A stretch of 62,685 bases of DNA from a virus (taxonomy: Duplodnaviria; Caudoviricetes), in the IMG/VR virus record IMGVR_UViG_3300032242_000480, positions 1 through 62,685 of that record, one strand, 5' to 3'. Numbering within the stretch: position 1 is the stretch's first letter; the number at the start of each line of letters is the position of its first letter. Both the position numbers and the translations under genes were made by a program. Shown in pieces: positions 37,325 through 45,905 of this stretch. The notes under the pieces are model-generated. The model was not told the origin of the DNA, did no database searches, and saw only the letters and a program-made list of their open reading frames with translations.

Positions 37325-37746
37325 TACGCGATCCTTATGATGGCCGATGTGTTGGTGGCCGATGGAAATTGAACAGTGAATGCGATGTTGGAAGTCTTGT
37401 CCGCGCCAAAATCTAAAACGCAGACAGTCTTGTTGCCGTTGGTTACGTCGTAAATCAGAGCACCGCGAGCGGTGATCTTTCCGGCCCAAGACACATTGCC
37501 AAATGAGATGTACGCCACATTGCCAGAGCTTCCGGTTGTGGGCGTCACCGTCACTGTGAGAGCTTGCCCGCCAGCCGAATATCCAGAAGCAACCACCTCA
37601 TTGTCCAAGGTGTACACGGATGTCTGCTCATTGAGCGTGGCGTTGGCAGTGTACAAAGCAATCTTGAACGAGTCAGTGTTGAAGTTGTACGTGCCGCTCA
37701 TCATGCCCGTCTTGAAGACGTTGGTGGCTGTTTGGGTAAGCGCCAT
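37324..37746 (-). CDS. Virion structural protein
   Basis: FKIALY..NEV...GYSAGG, ARGALIY, VLDFG.DK. Confidence 0.75.
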   Translation of the reverse strand: MALTQTATNVFKTGMMSGTYNFNTDSFKIALYTANATLNEQTSVYTLDNEVVASGYSAGGQALTVTVTPTTGSSGNVAYISFGNVSWAGKITARGALIYDVTNGNKTVCVLDFGADKTSNIAFTVQFPSATNTSAIIRIA

Positions 37747-37747
37747 G

Positions 37748-38446
37748 TCAGACCACCTTCTGCTTGTACTGGCCGTCACGGTAAGCGTCACCACGCTCCA
37801 TGCCGTCACCCAGACGTTTTGCCTGACCAAGAACTTCTTGGTACTTGGCTTGGTACACAGCCATCATGTCGGACTCACCCTTCATGTATGTGTACGCCTC
37901 AATCAAACAACCATACAGCAACACAGTGTCAAAGTTGTCGCCCAACCAAGTTGTGTTGGCTGTGACGATCGACTCTGGGTAGTAGTAGAAGTGCAACTCA
38001 GCCGTGTAGTTGTCCGCTGGCGTTGGGCCAAGGATGAAGGTCAACTCATTGGTGATTGTGCTGCCACTCAACGCAGGGCCAAACAAGGCGTAGTACTTGG
38101 GGATGCCCGTGTCGGTTGTTGGGTTCGGATACGACTGGCGGATGAAGTTGACATCCTTGTTCAGCAGGTACTCGTAGTTCCCATCGGCGTCAATCACGGC
38201 CAGCGAGTATGACGCCAAAAAGTCATCCGGGGCTTTGAGGTACTTGTTGCCAGACTGGATGTTGCCCGTCATGTTCTTGCGAAGTGACGGGAACTGGATC
38301 GTGTTGTAGATGCGTAGCTCTGCCTGCTCGATGAAGCGATTGATCTGCTCGGTAGACGTAACTGTCGTACCGTCAGCAAGGTACGTATCGGGAAACTGGT
38401 TCTCCGTGTAGCTTTGAATACTGGCTACAAGTTGTTGATAATTCAC
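37748..38446 (-). CDS. Head-tail adaptor/tail tubular protein-like
   Basis: FIEQAELRIY, P.YYA, GPTP...Y..ELHF, LLYG.L.EA. Confidence 0.6.
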   Translation of the reverse strand: MNYQQLVASIQSYTENQFPDTYLADGTTVTSTEQINRFIEQAELRIYNTIQFPSLRKNMTGNIQSGNKYLKAPDDFLASYSLAVIDADGNYEYLLNKDVNFIRQSYPNPTTDTGIPKYYALFGPALSGSTITNELTFILGPTPADNYTAELHFYYYPESIVTANTTWLGDNFDTVLLYGCLIEAYTYMKGESDMMAVYQAKYQEVLGQAKRLGDGMERGDAYRDGQYKQKVV

Positions 38447-39066
38447 GACTCAACCCTTTGCAATGTGTACGCACAATGCACTTTTATTTTATGCGCAATT
38501 GCGTAGCGGATGCCAGTGTGGCTAAGGCCAAGTTGACGGGCTGCCTCAGCAGTTGATTCAAAAATTTGCTGCGTTTCTTGGCAAAATACTTTTTTTGCCC
38601 TTGCAGCACTTCCCAGTGCAGCAACAACACGCCCGCGAGCTTTTGCTTCCGCAGTAGAAGCCAGAACTTTAATCTTTGCAATTTGCTCTGAGCGCCATTC
38701 TGAGTTAGACCATTTTTCTTTGAGCCTTGCAGAACGACCTTGGCGCACAGATTCAGAAGCCTTCACACCACGATGCCCAGCGCCGCCTTTGGTAATGTTG
38801 TACTCGGGGTGCAATTCTTGAATCCAAGCAATTTCTGCATTGTTCAAAATGTCCGCATCAAATGCCGTAAAAACTTCTAAAAATTCAAAACTGTGCGGCC
38901 CGTAATGTTGAATGGCTTTTGCCAATTTGTACTTTGCCGCAACTTTTGAATTAGCAGTGTTGATATGGCACTTCCATCTACGCAACGCTTTTTGGCGTGT
39001 TTGACCAACATACTGCTCACCAGTAGCAGTATTGGTTACAACATAGATGGAGCCGTAACGTGTCAT
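38443..39066 (-). mobile_element. GIY-YIG homing endonuclease with NUMOD1-like tail
   Basis: SIYVVTN....YVGQT..RW..H, E..WI, YN...GG; C-terminal V.C.ET..IFES..EAAR; AT-richer. Confidence 0.88.
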
Positions 39067-39362
39067 GCCATCGGGCCTCGAGCCATAACGCCTTTGGTAG
39101 CTGCACCAGTACCACGGATTTTGATGCCGCTGGTTTTTGTTGGCTCATTGCCAGCAGACTTGCTGATGTTGCCAATGCTGACATCGTACTCATCGAGCTT
39201 GCTGCGGTTGCGGCCAGCACCGGGATTTTCTTGAACGCGCACAGTCTTACCGCTCATGGTGTGCGGTTTGGCATAAGCCTCGGCTGGCTTGTTGTCGCGG
39301 TTAGCACCAGTCTTGATGGCTGGGCTGTTTTTCTTTGTGGGCTTGACTTCTGCGACCATCAT
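39063..39362 (-). CDS. Small basic virion-region protein
   Basis: Ends KIRGTGAATKGVMARGPMA. Confidence 0.7.
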   Translation of the reverse strand: MMVAEVKPTKKNSPAIKTGANRDNKPAEAYAKPHTMSGKTVRVQENPGAGRNRSKLDEYDVSIGNISKSAGNEPTKTSGIKIRGTGAATKGVMARGPMA

Positions 39363-39550
39363 TTGCTCCCAGACTTTTGGTTCATGGCGCGTGACAAATT
39401 CTTGCCGTACATCTTGCGGTCAAGACTTGTGGGGCCACCTTTTTTGAGCTTCAAAGTCGTGCCTTTGCCGCCTTTGTGCTCTTGAGCATCATGTTGTTTA
39501 AACGCTTTTTTGATCAGCGATTTGTCTTGCTTCAAGTCTGATTTGTCCAT
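39359..39550 (-). CDS. Small basic protein
   Basis: SD AAGGAG; LKKGG motif. Confidence 0.7.
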   Translation of the reverse strand: MDKSDLKQDKSLIKKAFKQHDAQEHKGGKGTTLKLKKGGPTSLDRKMYGKNLSRAMNQKSGSK

Positions 39551-39560
39551 GTTCGACTCC

Positions 39561-39992
39561 TTATGTCGTTTCAATCGTAACTGTACCAATTTGTACACCC
39601 ATTGCCAAGTAATTTGGCGTCAGAAGAGCGTCAAAACTGCTGGCTCCACCGACTGGTGCCCATCCCCACTGAATGATCCGGCTACCATCACTTGGATAAC
39701 CAACTGCGTCAGGCGATGTGCCGCCGCTGTTGGAGATTTGCAGGCCAGTTGTACCGGCCTCGTAGTAGCTGATGTCCGGGCGTGGCTCCCGAACGGCTTG
39801 AGGGTCGTACACAGGGTACATGCCCAATTGCAACTGAGGCTGATCTGGTTCCCAGCATTCCGGGCAAACCTTGATGTTGGTCAGCTTCGTCTTGATTGTC
39901 AGCTTGCGCAACTGCTTGAGCATGTACCGCTGTCCACAGCGGTCGCACTCAGCAATCGAAAATTTGCCAGCAGCATACTTAGGCCCAGCCAT
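39561..39992 (-). CDS. Zinc-finger-containing hypothetical protein
   Basis: CDRCG...VCPECWEP.QPQL. Confidence 0.75.
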   Translation of the reverse strand: MAGPKYAAGKFSIAECDRCGQRYMLKQLRKLTIKTKLTNIKVCPECWEPDQPQLQLGMYPVYDPQAVREPRPDISYYEAGTTGLQISNSGGTSPDAVGYPSDGSRIIQWGWAPVGGASSFDALLTPNYLAMGVQIGTVTIETT

Positions 39993-39995
39993 ACA

Positions 39996-40937
39996 TCACC
40001 TGTAGAACTGGACGCGAGGCACAAACCGATCGTTGGCCTTGTCGCGGTCTTCTTCTGCGGCCAACTGGAACTGTTGTTCGTATTCAGACTTCAGGCCCAT
40101 GATTCGGTTGGGGTCAATGTCTGGCAACTTCAAAGACAGTTTGTACGCAAGGCCAGCGACCATGCATTCCAAAAAGCGGAATGGGATGTCCTGAGTCCGA
40201 ACGCCAGAACCGGTGTCCTGAATGCGGCGCATACGCCAGTACACCATCGTGTAGTACGGGTTGCCAGCAGAGCCTTGGCTGGGCGTGGGCCAGATGTTTA
40301 CACAGGGCAGGTTCTGCACAGTGATTGACGCACCCACAGCATGGGTGGCTGCGGTTGTGCCGTTTTGCCCACGCGAGCAATACAGCAAGTTGCCGTTGAC
40401 TGTATCAACGGCAGAGTAAACGATGACTTCAGAGCCGACCAAGATGAACCCAGTGGAACCCAACTGATCAATCCCGTTGACGGGGATCGTTGTAGCATCC
40501 GCTGTCAGTGTGGTTGTGCCGCCAATTGTGGCGGTGGTCAGGTTGGATTCGCCAGACTGACGGTTGATCCAGAACTGAATCGGACGGCCAGTGGCGTTCT
40601 TGTTGGGGATCGTGGAGTACGTGGACTCGGAAATCCGGTTGATGTTGATGTCCTGCTGGTTCGTACCAGAACCGGTACGTGTCACTTGATCCAGCAGGTC
40701 GATCGTGTCTGTGGGCAAAGCGTAGATGATCTGGCCGGGGTACAGCGGAATCTGCCCCTCTTCGATCGTCCACAGGTTGATGCCACGGTTGGCCCATTCA
40801 ATGGTCAACAGGTTGAGACTGCGGCGGGCAGTCTTGAAGTTGTAACCGGTACGCAGTTCCTGACCGCAACGCTCGAACGCCTCCTCAATGAGGTCGTTGA
40901 CATCAAGGTTGAAGACTGAGGTTCCGGTCGTGGTCAT
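39996..40937 (-). CDS. Head-tail adaptor-like structural protein
   Basis: IEEAFERCG, ARRSLNLL..EWANRG.NLWT, IWPTP, P.RF..C.VAGLAY. Confidence 0.6.
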   Translation of the reverse strand: MTTTGTSVFNLDVNDLIEEAFERCGQELRTGYNFKTARRSLNLLTIEWANRGINLWTIEEGQIPLYPGQIIYALPTDTIDLLDQVTRTGSGTNQQDININRISESTYSTIPNKNATGRPIQFWINRQSGESNLTTATIGGTTTLTADATTIPVNGIDQLGSTGFILVGSEVIVYSAVDTVNGNLLYCSRGQNGTTAATHAVGASITVQNLPCVNIWPTPSQGSAGNPYYTMVYWRMRRIQDTGSGVRTQDIPFRFLECMVAGLAYKLSLKLPDIDPNRIMGLKSEYEQQFQLAAEEDRDKANDRFVPRVQFYR

Positions 40938-40940
40938 GTT

Positions 40941-41189
40941 TTACTTCTTCGCGGTCTTTGCAGATTGGACAAATGCTTGAGCGGTTGGAGCGCCTTTGGC
41001 ACCCGGCTTGCGCATATGCTCACCGGAGCCTTTGGCAATTCGCTTGCGCTTGGCATTGATGTTGGCATAAAGACCGACCTTGCCGCCTTCAGCATACTGC
41101 GTGAAATCTGTGTCATCCCGTCTGGCCTTTGTCTTGGCCTTCGGCATTTTGGATGCGCTAATGTCACCCATTCCACGGCTTGCCATCAT
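40941..41189 (-). CDS. Small basic protein
   Basis: SRGMG; YAEGG; GLYANINAKRKRI. Confidence 0.75.
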   Translation of the reverse strand: MMASRGMGDISASKMPKAKTKARRDDTDFTQYAEGGKVGLYANINAKRKRIAKGSGEHMRKPGAKGAPTAQAFVQSAKTAKK

Positions 41190-41191
41190 GA

Positions 41192-41851
41192 TTACACCAT
41201 CCGACCGCGAGTTTTGCCTTTGGAGGCAATGCCATCACCACGACGCGATGCGCTGGAAGCCTTCACAGCGCCACCCTTTTTGAAGTTTTCAGCCATGCCC
41301 TTTGGGCCAGACATCCAAGCCATCGGGTTCATGGTCTTCTTCTCGCGCATTCCCTGCTTAACAGCGGCGGCTTCAGTTGCGTTTAAACCTTCGCCTGCAC
41401 GGCGGGCTGCTGCGCGGGCGTTGTAAGCCTTCTGCGCTGCGTTTTCAGCCATGCGCTCACGGGCTGCAAGCGAAAGACCAGTGACAAGGCGACCCGGCCC
41501 CATCGCATTGGCTGCGGCGGACAGGTTCCGGCCCAACTCAGTGCTGTCTACGCGCTCACCAGAATTTGGGTCAAACTTTGGCGGGTTGTAGGGTGTGCCC
41601 TTGATGGAGTCGGTTTTTGGAGCAGCATAGCGGCGCGACAGACGATCGCCTTCATCGCCGGTGTCAGTTTTTGACATGGCTTGCTTGCGAGCGGGTTTGG
41701 CTTCGGCTTTGGGAGCCTCTGCTTCTGCGCTGTTTTGTTGCTCGAGCCAACGCATGGCACGGGCGCGTGTGTCATTGTCAATGTTTGAATTTTGACCTTC
41801 GCGGACACCGCCGCCTTCGTCATAACGTTTGGCTTTTTTCTTCATGGTCAT
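41192..41851 (-). CDS. Basic low-complexity protein
   Basis: YDEGG, FKKGG, C-terminal RGDGIASKGKTRG. Confidence 0.75.
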   Translation of the reverse strand: MTMKKKAKRYDEGGGVREGQNSNIDNDTRARAMRWLEQQNSAEAEAPKAEAKPARKQAMSKTDTGDEGDRLSRRYAAPKTDSIKGTPYNPPKFDPNSGERVDSTELGRNLSAAANAMGPGRLVTGLSLAARERMAENAAQKAYNARAAARRAGEGLNATEAAAVKQGMREKKTMNPMAWMSGPKGMAENFKKGGAVKASSASRRGDGIASKGKTRGRMV

Positions 41852-41852
41852 C

Positions 41853-42047
41853 TCACTTTTTGGTCATGCCGCCGCCGCACATGGCCTCAACACCGTCCAT
41901 GTGATGCTTGTGACCTGCCGCATGTTTTTTGAATTCATGCTTGTGGTGCTTATGAGTTTCTGTTTCATGCTGTGAAATGAACTCATCATGGCGCTGCATG
42001 TCTGGGCCAAAGCGGGGTTCCATCTTTTCTTTGATCATCGGTTTCAT
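41853..42047 (-). CDS. His-rich small protein
   Basis: HETETHKHHKHEFKKHAAGHKHH; MCGGG. Confidence 0.7.
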   Translation of the reverse strand: MKPMIKEKMEPRFGPDMQRHDEFISQHETETHKHHKHEFKKHAAGHKHHMDGVEAMCGGGMTKK

Positions 42048-42057
42048 GTTGGTTTCC

Positions 42058-42306
42058 TTAACAAACTGTGCCGCGAGTTTTGCCGCGCTGTGCAATGCCA
42101 TCAGCACGGCTGGAGGCTGAACCGCCTTTTGCCATGCGCTTCACTGGAGCAGACGCTTCTGGCTTGGGAGCCATTGGAATTGTGTTTGCCTTGTCATAGG
42201 CAGTCGTTTCCTTGGTGCGGCGTTTTGCATCAGCCACATCCGCAGGAGACACATTCATCATGTCCTGATCAGGAGCGAATGTTGGTTTGACTTTTGCTTC
42301 CGGCAT
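42058..42306 (-). CDS. Small protein
   Basis: MAKGG; RADGIAQRGKTRG. Confidence 0.7.
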   Translation of the reverse strand: MPEAKVKPTFAPDQDMMNVSPADVADAKRRTKETTAYDKANTIPMAPKPEASAPVKRMAKGGSASSRADGIAQRGKTRGTVC

Positions 42307-42316
42307 GATTGGCCTC

Positions 42317-42658
42317 TTACTTCTTGCCGCCGCGAGCGCCGGACTGAATGCCAACACGTTTGCCGCTGTCACCCATGTTTTTGCCTTTGGTTTTGCCACG
42401 TTGTGCAACACCGTCACGGCTGGGAGCAGCAGTTTTGACTTTGCCCATTTTGGCTGTAGTCATGCCGTTCTTTTCTTTGGGGCCGGAGCCAAATTTTGTA
42501 GCCATAGTTTCACCACCTTTTGAAAATTTGCGGCCCTTGTCCGCAGTTGAAAAGTCTTTTCCCACGGACTGTGGGACGCCAGCTTTCTTCGCAAAAGCCG
42601 CGCTGTGAGCAATGGCTTCCATGAAGTTGTGTTGCGCTTTACTTTTGCTCGGCATCAT
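42317..42658 (-). CDS. Small basic protein
   Basis: MPSKSKAQHNFM; FSKGG; RDGVAQRGKTKG. Confidence 0.75.
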   Translation of the reverse strand: MMPSKSKAQHNFMEAIAHSAAFAKKAGVPQSVGKDFSTADKGRKFSKGGETMATKFGSGPKEKNGMTTAKMGKVKTAAPSRDGVAQRGKTKGKNMGDSGKRVGIQSGARGGKK

Positions 42659-42894
42659 TTCCCCTCTTGAATGAGTTGGTCAATTTTTGCTTCCAAGCGG
42701 TTAAAGCGTTGGTCAATGTGGTCTGTAATGCGCTGAACTTCTGTTTGAGTGACGTAATCACGGGCAATCTCCTCGCGTGTTTTGTTCAAGAGAATATCCA
42801 AGCGTTTTAATTCCGCGAACTTCTCCCTCATTGTCATTCCAATGAGCGTGGTGGTTAAAGTCAGCGCCGCTGACCAGATGGTGTTTAAGTCCAT
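42655..42894 (-). CDS. Small TM/coiled-coil protein
   Basis: LLNKTREEIARDYVT...RLEAKID. Confidence 0.75.
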   Translation of the reverse strand: MDLNTIWSAALTLTTTLIGMTMREKFAELKRLDILLNKTREEIARDYVTQTEVQRITDHIDQRFNRLEAKIDQLIQEGK

Positions 42895-43140
42895 TTAGCA
42901 CTTCCAAGCCTTGAGGCTTTTGTTGATGCGCGAATCCGGGTCTTTGGCCGTCTTTGCGCTGGTCAGCTTTTTCTTCATGCCCTCCATCCGGGCGCAGAAA
43001 GAGTCGCGGCGTTTGCCGCCCTCTGGCTGCGGGGGTTTGAGGTTCATGCCCTCGGCCTTGGCAGAGGCTCGCCCCTTGGCGTTCAATCCGCCCTTGGGGT
43101 TCTTGCCTTCCTTGCGTTGCCATGCTGCTGTCTTAGCCAT
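42895..43140 (-). CDS. Small basic protein
   Basis: GGLNAKGRAS, RRDSFCARM, SL.AWKC. Confidence 0.8.
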   Translation of the reverse strand: MAKTAAWQRKEGKNPKGGLNAKGRASAKAEGMNLKPPQPEGGKRRDSFCARMEGMKKKLTSAKTAKDPDSRINKSLKAWKC

Positions 43141-43426
43141 AAAACACCGTGATGCCAGCGATCGAACCAGTGCTGATCGTCAAATGCAACGTGTTGGAGA
43201 ACAAGATGCCTTCGTTTGGGACAGCAACGTAGAACGAATTTGGGTTGGAGTTTGTTGGCAGGTCAATCTGGCACATGATTGGGCCAGTGGCACCGCCATC
43301 GCGGAATTCAAATGTGGCCGTAGTACTGACTGCGGGAGCCACGGAAAAACCCTTGAGACGGGTACGACCACCATACAACTGACCGGCAGTTGATAAATGG
43401 GCGCTTTTGATGTCACCTTGCATCAT
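43133..43426 (-). CDS. Virion structural protein
   Basis: Beta-rich; P.EGILF, TVFYG. Confidence 0.7.
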   Translation of the reverse strand: MMQGDIKSAHLSTAGQLYGGRTRLKGFSVAPAVSTTATFEFRDGGATGPIMCQIDLPTNSNPNSFYVAVPNEGILFSNTLHLTISTGSIAGITVFYG

Positions 43427-43442
43427 AATCAATCTCCTGTAA

Positions 43443-43463
43443 AGCGGGGGCCGAAGCCCCCAA
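43443..43463 (-). terminator. Intrinsic terminator-like hairpin
   Basis: GGGGGC-CGAA-GCCCCC on +, a UUCG loop on the minus strand. Confidence 0.6.
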
Positions 43464-43469
43464 GATCAA

Positions 43470-43955
43470 TTAGACTTGGCTGGGGTTGGCTGCGCCATCA
43501 GAGCCGCGAACTGTATAGCGGCAAGTGACGGTTGCAGCGCCGCCACTGGCTGTACCGGCGCAAGCGTAGATCACTTGCACGATCAAGTCAGAAGTGCCAA
43601 CGTTTACAAATGTGGCAACTTGTGCGCCGGTGTTGGTCACAGTGGCGCGGCCAGCGGCCAAAGGTGTGGTGGATGCACTACCAACAGTAGCCAACGAAGA
43701 GCCGCCAGCAGTCTGAATGGTGATGGTGTTACCGGTCGTGCCAGCATAGGCAGTGGTAATGTCCACGATGAAGTCAAGAATCTGAGCGCCAGCGGGGATA
43801 ACAAACAGCGTAACTGCTGATGTATCGTTAACAGTGGTCAAACCGGTTTGGGCAACAGTGGTTGCGCCCATGTTGCGAATGGTGCCAGCGGTTGTACCAG
43901 TGGTGTTTTTGACAGTGCCCAAGAGCCAAGGGCCGAGGTGAGTAGCGAATCCCAT
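43470..43955 (-). CDS. Capsid decoration/cement-like protein
   Basis: Thr/Gly/Ala-rich; IPAGAQI; directly downstream of the capsid gene. Confidence 0.55.
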   Translation of the reverse strand: MGFATHLGPWLLGTVKNTTGTTAGTIRNMGATTVAQTGLTTVNDTSAVTLFVIPAGAQILDFIVDITTAYAGTTGNTITIQTAGGSSLATVGSASTTPLAAGRATVTNTGAQVATFVNVGTSDLIVQVIYACAGTASGGAATVTCRYTVRGSDGAANPSQV

Positions 43956-43961
43956 GATGGT

Positions 43962-44035
43962 GTCCTCAATCTGCGCCTACTGTCCTTGAGGGATGCCTGC
44001 CAAGCCAGTCAGTAAGCTGTAAAAAATTCTTGGTG
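43962..44035 (-). ncRNA. Pseudoknotted RNA downstream of the capsid gene (Mu-gpT-DE-like motif)
   Basis: Minus-strand stem GCTTACTG/CAGTAGGC with two crossing pairings, CCAAG/CTTGG and CCTCAA/TTGAGG; position matches the described Mu-gpT downstream element. Confidence 0.6.
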
Positions 44036-44040
44036 CTGTG

Positions 44041-44069
44041 TTTATACCATGCAGTTTAAACATGCACAA
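44041..44069 (-). promoter_or_regulatory. sigma70-like promoter with GTTTAAAC in the spacer
   Basis: TTGTGC-N17-TATAAA on the minus strand; spacer ATGTTTAAACTGCATGG. Confidence 0.6.
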
Positions 44070-44070
44070 G

Positions 44071-44101
44071 AAAAAAGGGGGCCGAAGCCCCCTCTTTTTT
44101 T
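44071..44101. terminator. Bidirectional intrinsic terminator after the capsid gene
   Basis: A6-GGGGGC-CGAA-GCCCCC-TCTTTTTT. Confidence 0.85.
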
Positions 44102-44107
44102 GCCCTA

Positions 44108-45019
44108 TCAGGACGCGCCGGGTGAACCGTACATGCCGAGTGGGTCGCTCCAGCCGAAGCTGTAACGCTCACGGGACTTGTAACGGACGTTGCCGGTGTC
44201 AAAGTCGCCGTCCATCGAGTTGGACAGAGGGCTACGCTCGAAGTGCTTCATGCCGTTAGGAACATCGGTAGTCAAATACCAGCCGTTGTTGTCGGTCAAG
44301 AAGTGGTTAACAGTGTAACCTTCTGCGATCGAACCGTTGTTCTTCAAAGCGTTGATGTCGTTGTCTGTAGTGCCGACACGCAGTTCGGTTTCCAGCAAAC
44401 GAGTAGCAACGAATTGCAGAGCAGGAGGAACAATCAGCTTCTTGGGCTTGGCAGCAATCAGCAGGCCACGCTCATCAGTCCAAGCTGCGATCTGAATAAC
44501 GGCGGCTTCCAAGGAAGTCTCGTTCAGGTCAGCGGCAACCGATGGGGTGTTGCTGTTTGTGCCACCAGACACCAGAGGGTGAGCGGTGTTGAACAGCGAA
44601 ACGCCGTCGCCACCTTGGTAGCCGTTGTTAAAGCCGTTGTTCAGAACGGCAGCGGCTTTCACCTGTTTGGTGTACGCCATAGCACGGGCCAGAGCCTTGG
44701 TGTAGCGAGCCGACAGGGAGTCATAGAGGTTGTCCTCAATGGCTTCTTCGGTCAAGCTGAAACCCAAAGCAATGGTTTCGTGGTTGTAGCGAGCAGTCCA
44801 TGCTTCCTGCGCATTGTCATAACGGATGGCAGAGCCTTCGTTCTTGACAGGTGCAGCAGAGAAACCAGACAGCTTGGTTTCTTCTTCAAAGCTACGCTCC
44901 GATGTCTCGGTTTCGTAGATTTCTTTGTGCTCTTCGCCGTAACGTGCATATTCCAGACCGAACAGAGCGTTCAGGCCGGGGAGCAGTTCCTTGAGCAGTT
45001 GTGCGCGTGAAATAGCCAT
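44108..45019 (-). CDS. Major capsid protein (Mu gpT-like family)
   Basis: MAISRAQLLKELLPGLNALFGLEY, K.EG..I.YD, GDFDTGNVRYK.RERYSFGWSD. Confidence 0.88.
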   Translation of the reverse strand: MAISRAQLLKELLPGLNALFGLEYARYGEEHKEIYETETSERSFEEETKLSGFSAAPVKNEGSAIRYDNAQEAWTARYNHETIALGFSLTEEAIEDNLYDSLSARYTKALARAMAYTKQVKAAAVLNNGFNNGYQGGDGVSLFNTAHPLVSGGTNSNTPSVAADLNETSLEAAVIQIAAWTDERGLLIAAKPKKLIVPPALQFVATRLLETELRVGTTDNDINALKNNGSIAEGYTVNHFLTDNNGWYLTTDVPNGMKHFERSPLSNSMDGDFDTGNVRYKSRERYSFGWSDPLGMYGSPGAS

Positions 45020-45029
45020 GATTTACTCC

Positions 45030-45887
45030 TTAAGCGGCGTAGTAGTTGTGGACGCCGAAGTTCAGTTTCACCAGAACTTCTGGAGATTGAACCAAGACGA
45101 TGGTGGCACCAGCGGATGGGGTCGTGGTAACAGCGGCGCTGATGGTCAGCGTAGTGTTGCCAGTTGTGGTCACAGTCGCGGCAGTAGCCACGTTTGCGCC
45201 AACACCCAGTTGCTGCAATTGACCGCCAACCAGTTGGAACAGGTCAGTGCCCACGGGGATGACTTGACCAACGGTGAGGCCAGAAACCACAAACGAAGTT
45301 GTAGTCGTGCTCACGAAAGTGGCGGAAGTGGTAACTTGCGTATCGGGCACAAGACCCAGAATACGGAAAGCGCCACCGGAACCCACAGCGGTAGTTGTGT
45401 TAGCAGCCACCAGACCAGCACCAGAGTTGCCAGTGGTCACGTTGCCGACAGGAGTGTTCTCCACAGCATTCAAGCCAACCATTGCGGAAGGGAACGAAGA
45501 GATGATGTTGGAGGAAGCCGAAGCCACTGCCACCATCTTGAACACGGTATCAGGATCGTCAGCGACGATGGCCTGAATGTCACCAGCAGCAGTGTTTGCA
45601 GGGTAGTACTGCGAGAACAGCTTTTGCTTGGTGGTTGGGTTGGTGTAAGAACAGCCCAAGAAAACACCAACGGTGCCCTTGGATGTCAGGCTGGTGTTAG
45701 TAGCCGCAGGAATGATACAGCCAGCAACGGAGCCGGTAGTACCGAGAGTGACGAGGTCGCCGTAGAAAATGTTGGTTCCGTAGTTATACGAAATGGGGTA
45801 CTGACGGGTAGAACCCGCATACACCTGACCACCAATCAAATTCTGTGGCAGAACACCGTAAGGTGCTGAAACAGTTGGATAAGCCAT
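45030..45887 (-). CDS. Capsid-associated structural protein
   Basis: NIFYGD.V, GVFLGCSYTNP; between scaffold and capsid genes. Confidence 0.6.
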   Translation of the reverse strand: MAYPTVSAPYGVLPQNLIGGQVYAGSTRQYPISYNYGTNIFYGDLVTLGTTGSVAGCIIPAATNTSLTSKGTVGVFLGCSYTNPTTKQKLFSQYYPANTAAGDIQAIVADDPDTVFKMVAVASASSNIISSFPSAMVGLNAVENTPVGNVTTGNSGAGLVAANTTTAVGSGGAFRILGLVPDTQVTTSATFVSTTTTSFVVSGLTVGQVIPVGTDLFQLVGGQLQQLGVGANVATAATVTTTGNTTLTISAAVTTTPSAGATIVLVQSPEVLVKLNFGVHNYYAA

Positions 45888-45905
45888 TTTGAACTCCAAA
45901 GAGGA

